From an uncultured Pirellulales bacterium (GTDB lineage Bacteria > Planctomycetota > Phycisphaerae > Sedimentisphaerales > SM23-30), in NCBI GenBank assembly GCA_964482555.1, contig CAYZXY010000010.1, positions 2,135 to 66,134 of the forward strand: 64,000 bases of DNA, read 5' to 3'. The notes below the pieces were generated by a model. That model did not search any database. It had not been told where the DNA came from and saw only the letters and a list, made by a program, of their open reading frames with translations. Position 1 is the stretch's first letter; each line of letters opens with the position of its first letter. A program made the translations under genes and the position numbers. Of the stretch, positions 35,882-45,865 are shown piece by piece.

Positions 35882-36571
35882 ATGGGTCAGAAGGTATCGC
35901 CAATAGGATTCAGAACCGGAATTACCCGCGGCTGGAAAAGTCGCTGGTTTGCTCCGAAGGCGGCTTACGGAACGTTTCTAATAGAAGATCAGATGATTCG
36001 TAAGTTTGTGGATAACCGTCTTAATAAGCAACCTCCGTATGCCGCAGTTGCTAATATCGATATAGAACGGACGCGTGATGATGTCCGTGTGACGCTGCAT
36101 ACCTCGCGGCCGGGCCTGGTAATCGGACCTAAAGGCGCCGAGATCGAAAAGCTGCGAGAAGCGATAGAAGACCTGATCAACCGCAAGGTAACCGTTAACG
36201 TGATGGAAGTGAAGACGCCGGAGCTTGATGCCCAACTGGTTGCGGAGGCGATTTCGGAGCAGCTTAAGCGTCGGGCGGCATTTCGCCGGGTGATGAAGCA
36301 GCATTGCGAGGCAGCCATGGCCAACGGCGCCAGCGGTGTGAAGATTATCTGTTCGGGTCGTCTGGGCGGGGCGGAACTGGCTCGCTCGGAGAAGCAGATT
36401 CTGGGCAGCATTCCGCTGCAGACGTTGCAGGCGGATGTTGATTACGGATTAACTGTGGCAGTAACGACTTATGGCGCAATTGGAATCAAAGTCTGGATTT
36501 TTAAAGGCATGTTTTACGATGCCAGGCAGGAACAAGAGCAGGAGAAGGGCGGCCAGAAGTATAAAAAGTAG
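35882..36571 (+). CDS. rpsC: 30S ribosomal protein S3
   Basis: MGQKVSPIGFR.G....W.S.WFA with KH and S3-C domain sequence. Confidence 0.97.
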   Translation: MGQKVSPIGFRTGITRGWKSRWFAPKAAYGTFLIEDQMIRKFVDNRLNKQPPYAAVANIDIERTRDDVRVTLHTSRPGLVIGPKGAEIEKLREAIEDLINRKVTVNVMEVKTPELDAQLVAEAISEQLKRRAAFRRVMKQHCEAAMANGASGVKIICSGRLGGAELARSEKQILGSIPLQTLQADVDYGLTVAVTTYGAIGIKVWIFKGMFYDARQEQEQEKGGQKYKK

Positions 36572-36690
36572 GGCTGTATGAGTCTGTTGATGATCATGTG
36601 AACAATGATTTCTGAATCGCTGGATGCGGCAGGGATCGCTATAAGATAAAGCTGAATATAAGCTTAGTCATTTATAATTGAGGTGTCGTT

Positions 36691-37110
36691 ATGGCGTTAA
36701 TGCCCAAACGAGTTAAATGGAGAAAATATCAGCGCGGCCGCATTAAAGGCAAGGCGTGCAAAGGGAATTATGTGGCCTTTGGCGATTTCGGTTTGCAGGC
36801 TCTGGGAGAAGCGAAGATAACCGGCCGTCAGATCGAAGCAGGCCGTGTGGCCGCGACGCACTTTTTGAGACGTGAAGGAAAGATTTACATTCGTATTTTC
36901 CCGCATCGCTCCGTGAGTGGCAAGCCGCTGGAAACGCGTATGGGTAAAGGTAAGGGCGAACCGGATTTCTGGGTGGCTCATATTAAACCCGGAACGGTGT
37001 TGTATGAAGTTGGCGGAGTGCCGGAGAACATAGCCCGGCAGGCCATGACCCGTATCGCTCATAAGATGCCGGTTCGCTGCCGGTTCGTTCGTCGTCGTCA
37101 TGCGGTGTAG
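36691..37110 (+). CDS. rplP: 50S ribosomal protein L16
   Basis: MPKRVKWRKYQRGRIKG...RMGKGKGEPDFWVAHIKPG matches L16. Confidence 0.97.
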   Translation: MALMPKRVKWRKYQRGRIKGKACKGNYVAFGDFGLQALGEAKITGRQIEAGRVAATHFLRREGKIYIRIFPHRSVSGKPLETRMGKGKGEPDFWVAHIKPGTVLYEVGGVPENIARQAMTRIAHKMPVRCRFVRRRHAV

Positions 37111-37146
37111 CAGAGATCAGGACATAGTATAATACAAGAAGTAAGA

Positions 37147-37250
37147 TATACCAAAGGGTATGAGAATCCCCGCCAGGGCCAGTCGTAAAGGCTTTGCCCG
37201 CACATAATTGTGTTTGGATAAAGCGGGAATTTTCAATCGGAACGAGTATA
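37147..37250 (+). repeat. R105 interspersed repeat, subtype B
   Basis: TATACCAAAGGGTATGAGAATCCCCGCCAGGGCCAGTCGTAAAGGCTTTGCCCGCACATAATTGTGTTTGGATAAAGCGGGAATTTTCAATCGGAACGAGTATA. It ends 7 nt before the rpmC ATG. Confidence 0.92.
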
Positions 37251-37257
37251 AGGCGCC

Positions 37258-37479
37258 ATGAATATCAAAGAAATCAGAGAAATGAATCCAGATGAACTGC
37301 CTGAAGAGTTGGAACATCAACATCAAAAGCTGTTTGATTTAAGATCACAGGCTGTAACAGAGAAGCTGGAAGATCCGACGCAGCTTATCAAGATAAAGCG
37401 AACGATTGCCCGGATCAAAACGGTATTAAGGGAACGTGAACTGGCGGCGGAAGCCCAGACAGCAGCGGCAGAAAAGTAA
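37258..37479 (+). CDS. rpmC: 50S ribosomal protein L29
   Basis: IKEIREMNPDELPEELEHQHQKLFDLRSQ... is L29-like, and the position after rplP fits. Confidence 0.92.
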   Translation: MNIKEIREMNPDELPEELEHQHQKLFDLRSQAVTEKLEDPTQLIKIKRTIARIKTVLRERELAAEAQTAAAEK

Positions 37480-37498
37480 GCGTACTAAGGAATAATCT

Positions 37499-37756
37499 AT
37501 GGCTGAGAAGGAACGTAAAGAACCTACGTTATATCGAGGAATAGTATCCTCAAAATCCGGAGATAAGACGGTTAAGGTGTTGTTGAATTATATGATGCGG
37601 CATCCTAAATACGGTAAGTCGCTCCGGCGTCGTACGATCGCTCACGCACACGATGAGAAGAATGAGGCCGTCGTGGGCGATACCGTTGATATTTGCAAAT
37701 GTCGTCGTTTGAGCGCCACGAAAAGCTGGCGGCTGGTGAATATTGTTAAGAATTAA
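37499..37756 (+). CDS. rpsQ: 30S ribosomal protein S17
   Basis: GIVSSKSGDKTVKVLLNYMMRHPKYGK...AHDEKNEAVVGDTVDICKCRRLSATKSWRL matches S17. Confidence 0.95.
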   Translation: MAEKERKEPTLYRGIVSSKSGDKTVKVLLNYMMRHPKYGKSLRRRTIAHAHDEKNEAVVGDTVDICKCRRLSATKSWRLVNIVKN

Positions 37757-37788
37757 AGTAAACCATTTTATTCAGGCGTGAAGCTGTC

Positions 37789-38175
37789 ATGATTCAAGCA
37801 GAAACTATAATAGATGTAGCCGACAACACGGGGGCGAAGACGGCCCAGTTCATTCGTGTTCTGGGCGGCAGTACGGCCCGGGGGCAATATACGCGACGAA
37901 CAGCCACGGTAGGCGATATCGTGCTGGTGTCGATCAAGAAATCGTTGCCGACGATGAACCTGGACAACAAGAAGGTGTATAAGTGTGTTGTGATTCGTAC
38001 AAAGTATCCGGTGATGCGTCCGGACGGCAGTTATGTCCGTTTCGACAGCAATGCCGGGGTATTGATCGATGATAACGGCAATCCGATCGGAACGCGTATT
38101 TTTGGTGCCGTCGCCCGCGAGCTCCGGGAAAAGAACTTTATGAAAATCATATCTCTGGCTTCGGAGGTGGTGTAA
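37789..38175 (+). CDS. rplN: 50S ribosomal protein L14
   Basis: [17 protein letters not shown]...[19 protein letters not shown] matches L14. Confidence 0.97.
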   Translation: MIQAETIIDVADNTGAKTAQFIRVLGGSTARGQYTRRTATVGDIVLVSIKKSLPTMNLDNKKVYKCVVIRTKYPVMRPDGSYVRFDSNAGVLIDDNGNPIGTRIFGAVARELREKNFMKIISLASEVV

Positions 38176-38486
38176 TGGCGAAACATGTAAAAAAAGGGGA
38201 TACGGTGGTCGTGATTACAGGTGACGACAAGGACAAGCACGGCAAGGTGCTCAGTGTCAATCCCGAAAAGCATCAGGTCGTAGTCGAAGGCGTTAACATG
38301 GTGTACCGTCATGTCCGGCCATCGCGTCAGAATCCGCAAGGCGGCCGGCTGCATGTAGAACGTCCGATTCATATCAGCAATGTTTTGCCGCTGGATTCGA
38401 CAACCGGCAAGGGCAGCCGTGTCCGGTATGTCGTGGAAGATGGGATTAAAAAGCGTGTTTCCACAGCAGGAAATCACATAGATTAA
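38175..38486 (+). CDS. rplX: 50S ribosomal protein L24
   Basis: KOW motif VKKGDTVVVITGDDKDKHGKVLSV; the start overlaps the rplN stop. Confidence 0.95.
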   Translation: MAKHVKKGDTVVVITGDDKDKHGKVLSVNPEKHQVVVEGVNMVYRHVRPSRQNPQGGRLHVERPIHISNVLPLDSTTGKGSRVRYVVEDGIKKRVSTAGNHID

Positions 38487-38511
38487 TAAAAAGCTCAGAT
38501 AAGAGGTTGTT

Positions 38512-39057
38512 ATGGCCAGGTTGCAAGCTTTATACAAATCAGAAATCATCAGCCAGATGTTTGATGAGTTTAAATACAAAAATCGCATGGAAGTGCCGCG
38601 GCTGGAAAAGATCGTGGTGTCGATGGGTATCGGCCGTGCGATACAGGACAAAAAGCTGCTGGAAAATGCCGCCGTGGAATTGACGCAGATTACCGGTCAG
38701 AAACCGCTGTATTGTGCGGCACGGGTGAGCGTTTCCAATTTTAAGCTGCGTCAGGGTTCGGATATCGGCTTGAAGGTGACGTTACGTAAGCAGCGAATGT
38801 ATGAATTTCTGGATCGTCTGATCAGTCTGGCGATTCCGCGAATTCGCGATTTTCGCGGTTTGAATCCCAAGTGTTTCGACGGTCGCGGCAATTACAGCCT
38901 GGGCATTACGGAACAGGCGATTTTTCCCGAGATCGATCCTGACAGGATTGCCAATGTGCAGGGAATGAATATTGCGATGGTTACTACAGCAAAAACCGAT
39001 GAAGAAGGCCGCAAGCTGCTGCAATTATTCGGCATGCCTTTCAAGAATTTAAATTAA
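38512..39057 (+). CDS. rplE: 50S ribosomal protein L5
   Basis: PRLEKIVVSMGIG...RDFRGLNPKCFDGRGNYSLGITEQAIFPEI matches L5. Confidence 0.97.
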   Translation: MARLQALYKSEIISQMFDEFKYKNRMEVPRLEKIVVSMGIGRAIQDKKLLENAAVELTQITGQKPLYCAARVSVSNFKLRQGSDIGLKVTLRKQRMYEFLDRLISLAIPRIRDFRGLNPKCFDGRGNYSLGITEQAIFPEIDPDRIANVQGMNIAMVTTAKTDEEGRKLLQLFGMPFKNLN

Positions 39058-39080
39058 TCCATGACGGATGAGGATAGTTT

Positions 39081-39266
39081 ATGGCGACGAAAGCAATAGT
39101 ATATAAATCAGCCCAGATCCCAAAATTTAAAGTCAGAGGATATACCCGCTGTCAGTTGTGTGGTCGTCCTCGTGCGGTTTATCGTAAGTTCAAGATATGC
39201 CGTATCTGTTTCCGGACCCTCGCTAACGAAGGGAAGATACCCGGTGTTCGCAAGAGCAGTTGGTGA
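39081..39266 (+). CDS. rpsN: 30S ribosomal protein S14, zinc-binding type Z (61 aa)
   Basis: The motif [22 protein letters not shown] fits the short type-Z form. Confidence 0.95.
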   Translation: MATKAIVYKSAQIPKFKVRGYTRCQLCGRPRAVYRKFKICRICFRTLANEGKIPGVRKSSW

Positions 39267-39331
39267 TGGACCGTCCGGCTCGACACCGTCGGTCAGCCTT
39301 GAACGGTAAGACTGGATAAGAGACAACATTT

Positions 39332-39366
39332 AAAAACGAAATAAACTCGATTGTAACGAGCATTTA
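39332..39366 (+). repeat. Degenerate 3'-module fragment of R105
   Basis: AAAAACGAAATAAACTCGATTGTAACGAGCATTTA resembles the 3' end of the 33557 copy (AACGAAATAATTCAATCGTAACGAGTATA). Confidence 0.4.
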
Positions 39367-39389
39367 TTAAGTGGGAGCACGAATAAATT

Positions 39390-39785
39390 ATGCATTGTGA
39401 CCCGATTTCAGACATGTTAACCCGCATACGCAACGCCGTGAGTGTGAACCATACCAGTGTGCTTATCCGGGCGAGCAAGGGGTGCGAAGGTATTGCCAGA
39501 GTGTTGCAGGAGCAGGGATATATAAAAGGTTATGACCGTATCAACAACGGCAAATTTGACGAATTGCGTATTGATTTGAAATATGGTCCCCTGGGAGAAA
39601 AGGTTATCAATCACATATCCCGTTACAGCAAGACCTCGTGCCGGCAGTACAGCAAGGTGAGTGAGCTGCCGCAGGTTCGCGGCGGGCTGGGCATTGCGGT
39701 GATCAGTACGAATAAAGGCGTGATGACGGACCGTCAGTGCCGGGAAATAAACGTTGGCGGCGAAGTACTCTGCCTGGTGTATTAA
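39390..39785 (+). CDS. rpsH: 30S ribosomal protein S8
   Basis: DPISDMLTRIRNA...GGLGIAVISTNKGVMTD matches S8. Confidence 0.97.
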   Translation: MHCDPISDMLTRIRNAVSVNHTSVLIRASKGCEGIARVLQEQGYIKGYDRINNGKFDELRIDLKYGPLGEKVINHISRYSKTSCRQYSKVSELPQVRGGLGIAVISTNKGVMTDRQCREINVGGEVLCLVY

Positions 39786-39818
39786 ATCAGTTCACACATA
39801 TATATTGAATAGCGAATT

Positions 39819-40391
39819 ATGAGCCGTATAGGAAACAAACCAGTAAAAATCGAATCAGGCGTAAAGATTGATCTGAAGGATAAGACCTTGAACCTCAGTG
39901 GTCCCAAGGGGAATTTGACGCTGAAAGTTCATCCCGAAATCAACGTCGAACTGGATCAGGATATCGGCGAGATTCGGGTCGTGCGTCCGAGCGATTCCCG
40001 TGAGCATCGTTCGCTGCATGGTACGATGCGATCCTTGATCGCCAATATGGTAGAAGGTGTCAGCCGGGGCTATCAGAGAAAGATGGAAATCTATGGTACG
40101 GGCTATGGTGTAAAGGTTCAGGGGCCGGATATTTCTCTGACAGTTGGAACGGCCAAGCCGCATAACCTGAAGATTCCCGGCGGGGTCAACGTGGATATTG
40201 AAACTCCGAATGCCAGGGGAAATGATGTGCCGGCCGTGTTTACGATTACCGGGCCGGATAAACAGGTTGTCGGTCAGTTTGCCTCGGATATCCGCCGGGT
40301 GCGTCCGCCGGAGCCTTATCTGGGTAAAGGCATCCGTTATGCCGATGAAGTTATCGTTCGCAAGGAAGGCAAGGCTTTCGGCAGTGCGTAA
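39819..40391 (+). CDS. rplF: 50S ribosomal protein L6
   Basis: MSRIGNKPVKIESGVKIDL...; the position and two-domain L6 sequence fit. Confidence 0.96.
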   Translation: MSRIGNKPVKIESGVKIDLKDKTLNLSGPKGNLTLKVHPEINVELDQDIGEIRVVRPSDSREHRSLHGTMRSLIANMVEGVSRGYQRKMEIYGTGYGVKVQGPDISLTVGTAKPHNLKIPGGVNVDIETPNARGNDVPAVFTITGPDKQVVGQFASDIRRVRPPEPYLGKGIRYADEVIVRKEGKAFGSA

Positions 40392-40444
40392 TGCGAGCGG
40401 TCGCTTGAAAAGAGCTTGAGATATTTTCTGATACGAGATGAGTT

Positions 40445-40813
40445 ATGGATAAAAATAAAGTAAAAGTTTACAAACGAATAAAACGCAAAAAGAGGGTTCG
40501 TAAAAAGGTATACGGCGATTCGCAGTATCCTCGTTTGATGGTTTATCGTTCTTCACGGCAGATATATGCCCAGATTATCGACGACGAGGGCGGACTGACG
40601 CTGGCTTCGGCCAGTTCGGTTCCGGAAAACCGTATCGGACAGATTAAAAACGGCAGCAACAAGGAAGCGGCCAAACTGGTCGGCCAGAGAATAGCCAAGG
40701 AAGCGCAGTCGGTTGGTATACATCAGGTGCGTTTCGATCGTAACGGTTATCTGTTTCACGGTCGCGTCAAGGAGTTGGCGGATGCCGCTCGGGAAGCGGG
40801 CTTGAAATTTTAA
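40445..40813 (+). CDS. rplR: 50S ribosomal protein L18
   Basis: [19 protein letters not shown]...[26 protein letters not shown] matches L18. Confidence 0.96.
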   Translation: MDKNKVKVYKRIKRKKRVRKKVYGDSQYPRLMVYRSSRQIYAQIIDDEGGLTLASASSVPENRIGQIKNGSNKEAAKLVGQRIAKEAQSVGIHQVRFDRNGYLFHGRVKELADAAREAGLKF

Positions 40814-40913
40814 AACAGGAGAACGTATGAGGCAGCCTGCGTGGACTTTCTAAGCAGGAATCTCATCAGTGAATAGCAACGCAATCCCGAACTAAATAAT
40901 ATATTGGGAGACA

Positions 40914-41426
40914 ATGGTGGCTCAATTTAAACCACAACAAAGAGGTTTCGAAGAAAGCAGTCCTTATGTAGAAACAGTCGTAAAGGTTTACCGCTGTTCC
41001 ACAGTAGTCAAAGGCGGTCGCAGATTCAGTTTTGCCGCACTGGTAGTGGTTGGCAACCGTAATGGTGAAGTAGGATTCGGTTACGGCAAGGCCAACGAAG
41101 TGCCGCCTGCGGTGGAGAAATCCATCAAAGATGCCCGGCGGAACCTGGTTAAGGTTAATCTTCGCGGCAATACCATCCCGCATAAAGTCATCGGTCGTTT
41201 TGGCGCGACCCGTGTGATGCTGATGCCGGCCAGTGAAGGAACCGGCGTTATTGCCGGGGCTTCGGCACGGGCGATGCTTGAATTGGCGGGTGTGCGTGAC
41301 GTACTAACTAAAGTGTACGGCAGTACCGGCCCGAAGAATGTGGTCAAGGCGACGATGAACGCTCTGAAATCTCTGATTTCCAAAGAGGAAGTAGAGCGGC
41401 TTCGCGGCGTGACCATAGAGGTGTGA
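40914..41426 (+). CDS. rpsE: 30S ribosomal protein S5
   Basis: [40 protein letters not shown] matches S5. Confidence 0.96.
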   Translation: MVAQFKPQQRGFEESSPYVETVVKVYRCSTVVKGGRRFSFAALVVVGNRNGEVGFGYGKANEVPPAVEKSIKDARRNLVKVNLRGNTIPHKVIGRFGATRVMLMPASEGTGVIAGASARAMLELAGVRDVLTKVYGSTGPKNVVKATMNALKSLISKEEVERLRGVTIEV

Positions 41427-41469
41427 ATTTAAAGCATTATTTTGTTATACATGATAGGGAATTACCATC

Positions 41470-42021
41470 ATGATGATTCATGAGATTACAGCGTTAGTTG
41501 GTCGTCATTCTATTCGGCGACGTAAGGGAAGAGGGCAAGGCAGTGGTTTGGGTAAAACAGCCGGTCGCGGTCATAAAGGACAGATGTCCCGTGCCGGCAA
41601 GCGTCCGCCCATTACCAAAGAAGGCGGTCAGATGCCGCTGTTTCGCCGTTTGCCCAAGCGTGGATTCAATAACGTCAATTTTACATTGCGTTATGAGATA
41701 GTGAACGTAGCACAGCTCGATTGTTTTTCCGAAGGGACGACGGTGAACGCGGAATGTCTGAGTCAGGCCGGCCTGATTCGCGGGGGCGGTATGCCGGTGA
41801 AAATTCTGGGTGATGGCGAGCTGAACCGCAAGCTTGTCGTGGTCGCCGACAAATTCAGCCGCAGTGCCGAGCAAAAGATTACCAGTGCCGGGGGGTCGGC
41901 GGAATTGACAGATAAAGCGAGGAAACTGGTCGAAGCCGCCGGCAAAGGCAAGCGGGCGAAGAAGGCCAAACCCCGAGCAGAGGTGGAGAAGGTTCAAGAA
42001 GCTGAAGAGGGAAATGATTAA
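41470..42021 (+). CDS. rplO: 50S ribosomal protein L15 (Lys/Glu-rich C-terminal tail)
   Basis: RRKGRGQGSGLGKTAGRGHKGQMSRAG matches L15. It follows rpsE directly, with no L30 gene in the 43-nt gap. Confidence 0.95.
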   Translation: MMIHEITALVGRHSIRRRKGRGQGSGLGKTAGRGHKGQMSRAGKRPPITKEGGQMPLFRRLPKRGFNNVNFTLRYEIVNVAQLDCFSEGTTVNAECLSQAGLIRGGGMPVKILGDGELNRKLVVVADKFSRSAEQKITSAGGSAELTDKARKLVEAAGKGKRAKKAKPRAEVEKVQEAEEGND

Positions 42022-42043
42022 CCGTTTATAGAAGAAGGTTATT

Positions 42044-43414
42044 ATGTTTAATGCAGTAGCAAACATATTTAAAATTCCGGAGCTCCGGACAAAGATTTTC
42101 TTTACGTTGGGATTGCTGTGTATCTACCGTATCGGATTTCATGTGCCGGTGCCGGGAATCGATCAGGAAGCCCTGAGGGCGTTGATGGGCGAAGCGTCTG
42201 ATGATCCGCTGGGCCAGATCGCCAATTATATGCAGATTTTCACCGGCGGCAGTCTTAGTCAAAGTTCGTTGTTCAGCCTGGGGATTATGCCGTATATTTC
42301 GGCGTCGATTATTTTTCAGCTACTGGTTACCGTTATCCCTTCCCTGGAAAAGCTGCAAAAGGAAGGGGAGGTCGGTCGAAAGAAAATACAGGAATACACC
42401 CGTTATCTCACGGTGGGATTGTGTATTATACAGTCTTTTGCGATCTTGATCTGGCTGGCGAATCCCGGCAATAACATTGTGTATCAGGAGATTCTGCGTG
42501 AGCATCGATTTCTGTTTTTCCTGATGGGGGTGCTGTCGATGACGGCCGGCACGGTTTTCCTGATGTGGCTGGGAGAGCAGATAGATGAATATGGCATCGG
42601 CAACGGGATCAGTTTGATCATTATGGCGGGCATTGTGGCAAATATGCCCTGGGCCGTCATGCAAGTATGGGGTATGACCAATTTCAGCATCGATGCCGGT
42701 GCGAATGAAATTAATCCGGCCAAGCTGATTTTTCTGGTTGCGGCGTTTCTGGCGGTGGTAGCCGGCGCAATATTGATCACACAGGGTCAGCGCCGTATTC
42801 CGATCCAGATGGCCAAGATAACCCGCGGCCGCCGGACCTATGGCGGGCAACGGCAATATCTGCCGTTACGGGTAAATCATGGCGGGGTAATGCCCATTAT
42901 TTTTGCGGTGACGCTGATGCAGTTTCCCACAATTGTTCTGGGGCAACTGCAGCGTGTGTGGCAAAACAGTCTCGTGCTGAATATTATCAACGATGCGTTT
43001 TCGCCCACGTCGTTCATCTACAACTTTATATACATTCTGATGATTTATTTCTTTGCCTACTTTTGGACGACCGTTCAGTTTCAGCCGAAGGAAATGGCCA
43101 ATAATCTGCGAGACTATGGTCACTTTATTCCCGGCCTGCGTCCCGGACGTCGAACCGCAGAGTATCTGGAAAAAGTCATGGCGCGTATTACGTATGTAGG
43201 GGCGGCGTTTTTATCTTTAATCGCCGTGGTGCCGACCTTGATTATTGTCTGGTTGGACATACCTTTTAATGTGGCCCAGTTTCTGGGTGGAACCGGCTTA
43301 CTGATTGTGGTTTCGGTGTCGCTGGATCTGGTGCAGCGAATTGAAACGAATCTGATAATGCGAAATTACTCCGGCTTTATGGAAGGCGGGCGCATCAAAG
43401 GAGCGTATGCATGA
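42044..43414 (+). CDS. secY: Preprotein translocase subunit SecY
   Basis: 456-aa polytopic membrane ORF with PELRTKIFFTLGLLCIYRIG and GIMPYISASII motifs. Confidence 0.97.
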   Translation: MFNAVANIFKIPELRTKIFFTLGLLCIYRIGFHVPVPGIDQEALRALMGEASDDPLGQIANYMQIFTGGSLSQSSLFSLGIMPYISASIIFQLLVTVIPSLEKLQKEGEVGRKKIQEYTRYLTVGLCIIQSFAILIWLANPGNNIVYQEILREHRFLFFLMGVLSMTAGTVFLMWLGEQIDEYGIGNGISLIIMAGIVANMPWAVMQVWGMTNFSIDAGANEINPAKLIFLVAAFLAVVAGAILITQGQRRIPIQMAKITRGRRTYGGQRQYLPLRVNHGGVMPIIFAVTLMQFPTIVLGQLQRVWQNSLVLNIINDAFSPTSFIYNFIYILMIYFFAYFWTTVQFQPKEMANNLRDYGHFIPGLRPGRRTAEYLEKVMARITYVGAAFLSLIAVVPTLIIVWLDIPFNVAQFLGGTGLLIVVSVSLDLVQRIETNLIMRNYSGFMEGGRIKGAYA

Positions 43415-44061
43415 TAGTGGTTTTTCTTGGCCCTCCCGGTGCCGGCAAAGGTACGCAGTGTAAATACATAGTAGACCGTTATGGGTTGCAACACATGTCC
43501 AGCGGCGATATCCTGCGGCGTGAGCGCAAGGAAGGTACGGAGCTGGGACAGAAGGCTCAGGAGTACATGGACCGGGGCGACCTGGTGCCGGACGATCTGA
43601 TCGTGGCGATGATGATGAAGGAAATTGCCGCCAGCAATGCAAAAGGTTTTATCTTTGATGGTTTTCCGAGAACCATCGGTCAGGCTAAAGAGCTTGACAA
43701 GGCATTGAGCGACGACGGCAAGAAGATAGATGCCGTTTTGAATCTGGAAGTGGATGACGCAAAACTGGAAGAGCGGATTACGGGTCGTCGCAGTTGCACC
43801 AAATGCGGCGCGGCGTATCATGTTAAATTCAATCCGCCTAAAGATGACAATCAATGTGATAACGGCGGCGGTGAATTGACGCAACGGCCAGACGATACGC
43901 CCGAGGTGGTTCGTAATCGAATCAAGACTTATCACGATCAGACCGCTCCGTTGATAGATTACTATAAGAACAGCGATAATTTAATAGATATAGACGGTAA
44001 TGTTGATATCGACCAGGTAACCGGACAGATCTACACCTCGTTAGATCAGGTTCGAGCCTGA
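43411..44061 (+). CDS. adk: Adenylate kinase
   Basis: P-loop GPPGAGKGTQ and a lid region CTKCGAAYHVKFNPP. Confidence 0.96.
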   Translation: MIVVFLGPPGAGKGTQCKYIVDRYGLQHMSSGDILRRERKEGTELGQKAQEYMDRGDLVPDDLIVAMMMKEIAASNAKGFIFDGFPRTIGQAKELDKALSDDGKKIDAVLNLEVDDAKLEERITGRRSCTKCGAAYHVKFNPPKDDNQCDNGGGELTQRPDDTPEVVRNRIKTYHDQTAPLIDYYKNSDNLIDIDGNVDIDQVTGQIYTSLDQVRA

Positions 44062-44068
44062 AAAATAC

Positions 44069-44848
44069 ATGGCAATTGCAATACGCAGTAAAAAAGAGAT
44101 TGAGTTGATTCGTAAAGCTGGCAGGGTGGTCGGCAATACGCTGCAGCGATTGCAGCAGGAAGTCAGGCCCGGCATAAGCACGGCAGAGCTGGCAGCCATC
44201 AGTGATGACATGATCGCACAGGCCGGCGGCCTTGCCCTTTTTAAAGGGGTGCCGAATCCGCAGGCTCGATTTGATTTTCCTGCCAGTATCTGTGCCAGCA
44301 TAAATGAAGAAGTGGTACATGGCATACCGGACTCGCGGTCGTTAGAGGCTGGCGATATTATCAGCGTCGATTGCGGCGTAAAACTGAATGGATATTGCGG
44401 CGATGCCGCGGTGACTATCAGGGTAGGTCCAGTCAGTGCTGAAGTTGAAAAGTTAATAACCATTACTCGTGAGGTTTTAGAGATTGCGGTCAGGGAGGCG
44501 CGTCCGGGCCGATTCTGGAGCGAAATCGCTCGCGAGATGCAGGATCATGCGGAAAATGCCGGATTTGGCGTTGTCAGGGAGTATGTGGGGCATGGCATTG
44601 GCCGCAAGATGCATGAAGATCCCAAGATACCCAATTTCGTCAGCGAAGATTTACTGCGGAACGATTTGCAGCTTCGCAAGGGTATGATTCTGGCGGTGGA
44701 GCCTATGGTGAATATGGGCACCTATAAAACGAAGGTATTGAGTGATGGATGGACGGTGGTGACCCGTGACGGCAAACCATCGGCCCATTTCGAACATACG
44801 CTGGCGATATTAGATCATGGCACGGAGATTCTGACGTTGCCGGATTGA
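44069..44848 (+). CDS. map: Type I methionine aminopeptidase
   Basis: The sequence EVVHGIP...DIISVDCGVKLNGYCGDAAVT...GHGIGRKMHEDP...EPMVN contains the metal-ligand pattern. Confidence 0.95.
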   Translation: MAIAIRSKKEIELIRKAGRVVGNTLQRLQQEVRPGISTAELAAISDDMIAQAGGLALFKGVPNPQARFDFPASICASINEEVVHGIPDSRSLEAGDIISVDCGVKLNGYCGDAAVTIRVGPVSAEVEKLITITREVLEIAVREARPGRFWSEIAREMQDHAENAGFGVVREYVGHGIGRKMHEDPKIPNFVSEDLLRNDLQLRKGMILAVEPMVNMGTYKTKVLSDGWTVVTRDGKPSAHFEHTLAILDHGTEILTLPD

Positions 44849-44858
44849 ATTGCCTTTT

Positions 44859-44963
44859 TATAGCCAATCGGGTAGAAAGCTCCTGGCAGGGCCGGGTGTA
44901 AGCTATTTATCCGTATATAACTATTATCCGACACAATGGATAATTTCAACCGGAGCGAGTATA
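44859..44963 (+). repeat. R105 interspersed repeat, subtype A
   Basis: TATAGCCAATCGGGTAGAAAGCTCCTGGCAGGGCCGGGTGTAAGCTATTTATCCGTATATAACTATTATCCGACACAATGGATAATTTCAACCGGAGCGAGTATA. Confidence 0.88.
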
Positions 44964-45009
44964 TATATGCAAACTAAAATTATTGAAAAAAAATATAAGA
45001 TATAATGTT

Positions 45010-45225
45010 ATGGGTAAAAGTGAAGCTATAAAAGTCGATGCGACCGTCATAGAGGCGATGCCTAACGCGGTGTTCAAGGTCGCCCTCGAAGGTGGGCATG
45101 AGATAACGGCCCATGTTTCGGGTAAGATGCGTATGAATTTCATACGTATACTGCCGGGCGATACGGTAACCGTAGAGGTAAGTCCGTATGATTTGACAAA
45201 AGGGCGCATTATTCTTCGAAAATAG
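45010..45225 (+). CDS. infA: Translation initiation factor IF-1
   Basis: [71 protein letters not shown] prefer the internal ATG at 45010 over the listed 44983. Confidence 0.93.
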   Translation: MGKSEAIKVDATVIEAMPNAVFKVALEGGHEITAHVSGKMRMNFIRILPGDTVTVEVSPYDLTKGRIILRK

Positions 45226-45285
45226 ATTAGGTATGAGGCATTCCATCGACCGAAGATGCGGATGTCATCTCGAGGTGAGAAGGTT

Positions 45286-45405
45286 ATGAAAGTTAGAGCT
45301 TCTGTAAAAAGAATTTGTGAAAATTGTAAAATCATCAAACGGAAAGGAATTGTCCGGGTGATATGCTCGGCGAATCCCCGTCACAAACAACGTCAAGGTA
45401 AGTAA
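45286..45405 (+). CDS. rpmJ: 50S ribosomal protein L36
   Basis: Hand-translated 39-aa ORF: [39 protein letters not shown], with GGTGAGAAGG upstream. Confidence 0.92.
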   Translation: MKVRASVKRICENCKIIKRKGIVRVICSANPRHKQRQGK

Positions 45406-45416
45406 TGAGGTGAAAC

Positions 45417-45800
45417 ATGCCACGTATAGCTGGTAATGACATTCCTAATGATAAGCAGATATGGATTTCATTGACATATTTGCACGGTATCGGCCCTTAT
45501 ATGTCGAAGCAGATACTTAAAGAGGCGCAGATTCCGGAAAATACCAAGGCCAAGGATTTGACGGATGATGAGTTAAGTCGCATCAATACGATACTGGAGC
45601 GCAGTTATGTGATTGAAGGTCAGTTGCGTCGTCAGACGGGCCAGAATATTTCACGTTTGAAAGAGATCGCCTGCTACCGGGGTTTGCGACATCGTCGCGG
45701 CTTGCCGGTTCGCGGCCAGAACACGCAAAAGAACGCCCGCACCCGCAAAGGTCCGCGTAAGACCGTTGCCGGCAAGAAGGGTGTCAAGGCCATGCGTTAA
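45417..45800 (+). CDS. rpsM: 30S ribosomal protein S13
   Basis: [26 protein letters not shown]...[18 protein letters not shown] matches S13. Confidence 0.97.
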   Translation: MPRIAGNDIPNDKQIWISLTYLHGIGPYMSKQILKEAQIPENTKAKDLTDDELSRINTILERSYVIEGQLRRQTGQNISRLKEIACYRGLRHRRGLPVRGQNTQKNARTRKGPRKTVAGKKGVKAMR

Positions 45801-45865
45801 CGATAATTAGCCGCCGGATAGCGTTAAGGCTATACCAGAGATAGATGGAATCACAATATGAGATT

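Noticed and set aside
37230-37252. The R105 tail (GAGTATAAT/TATAAG) looks like a -10 box, so each copy might be a portable promoter.
   Set aside because: No -35-like hexamer lies at 16-19 nt upstream; that position is CGGGTA/CGGGAA. There is no TG extended -10 motif. This cannot be excluded without 5'-end mapping, so it is kept only as a test under the start-codon-proximity finding.
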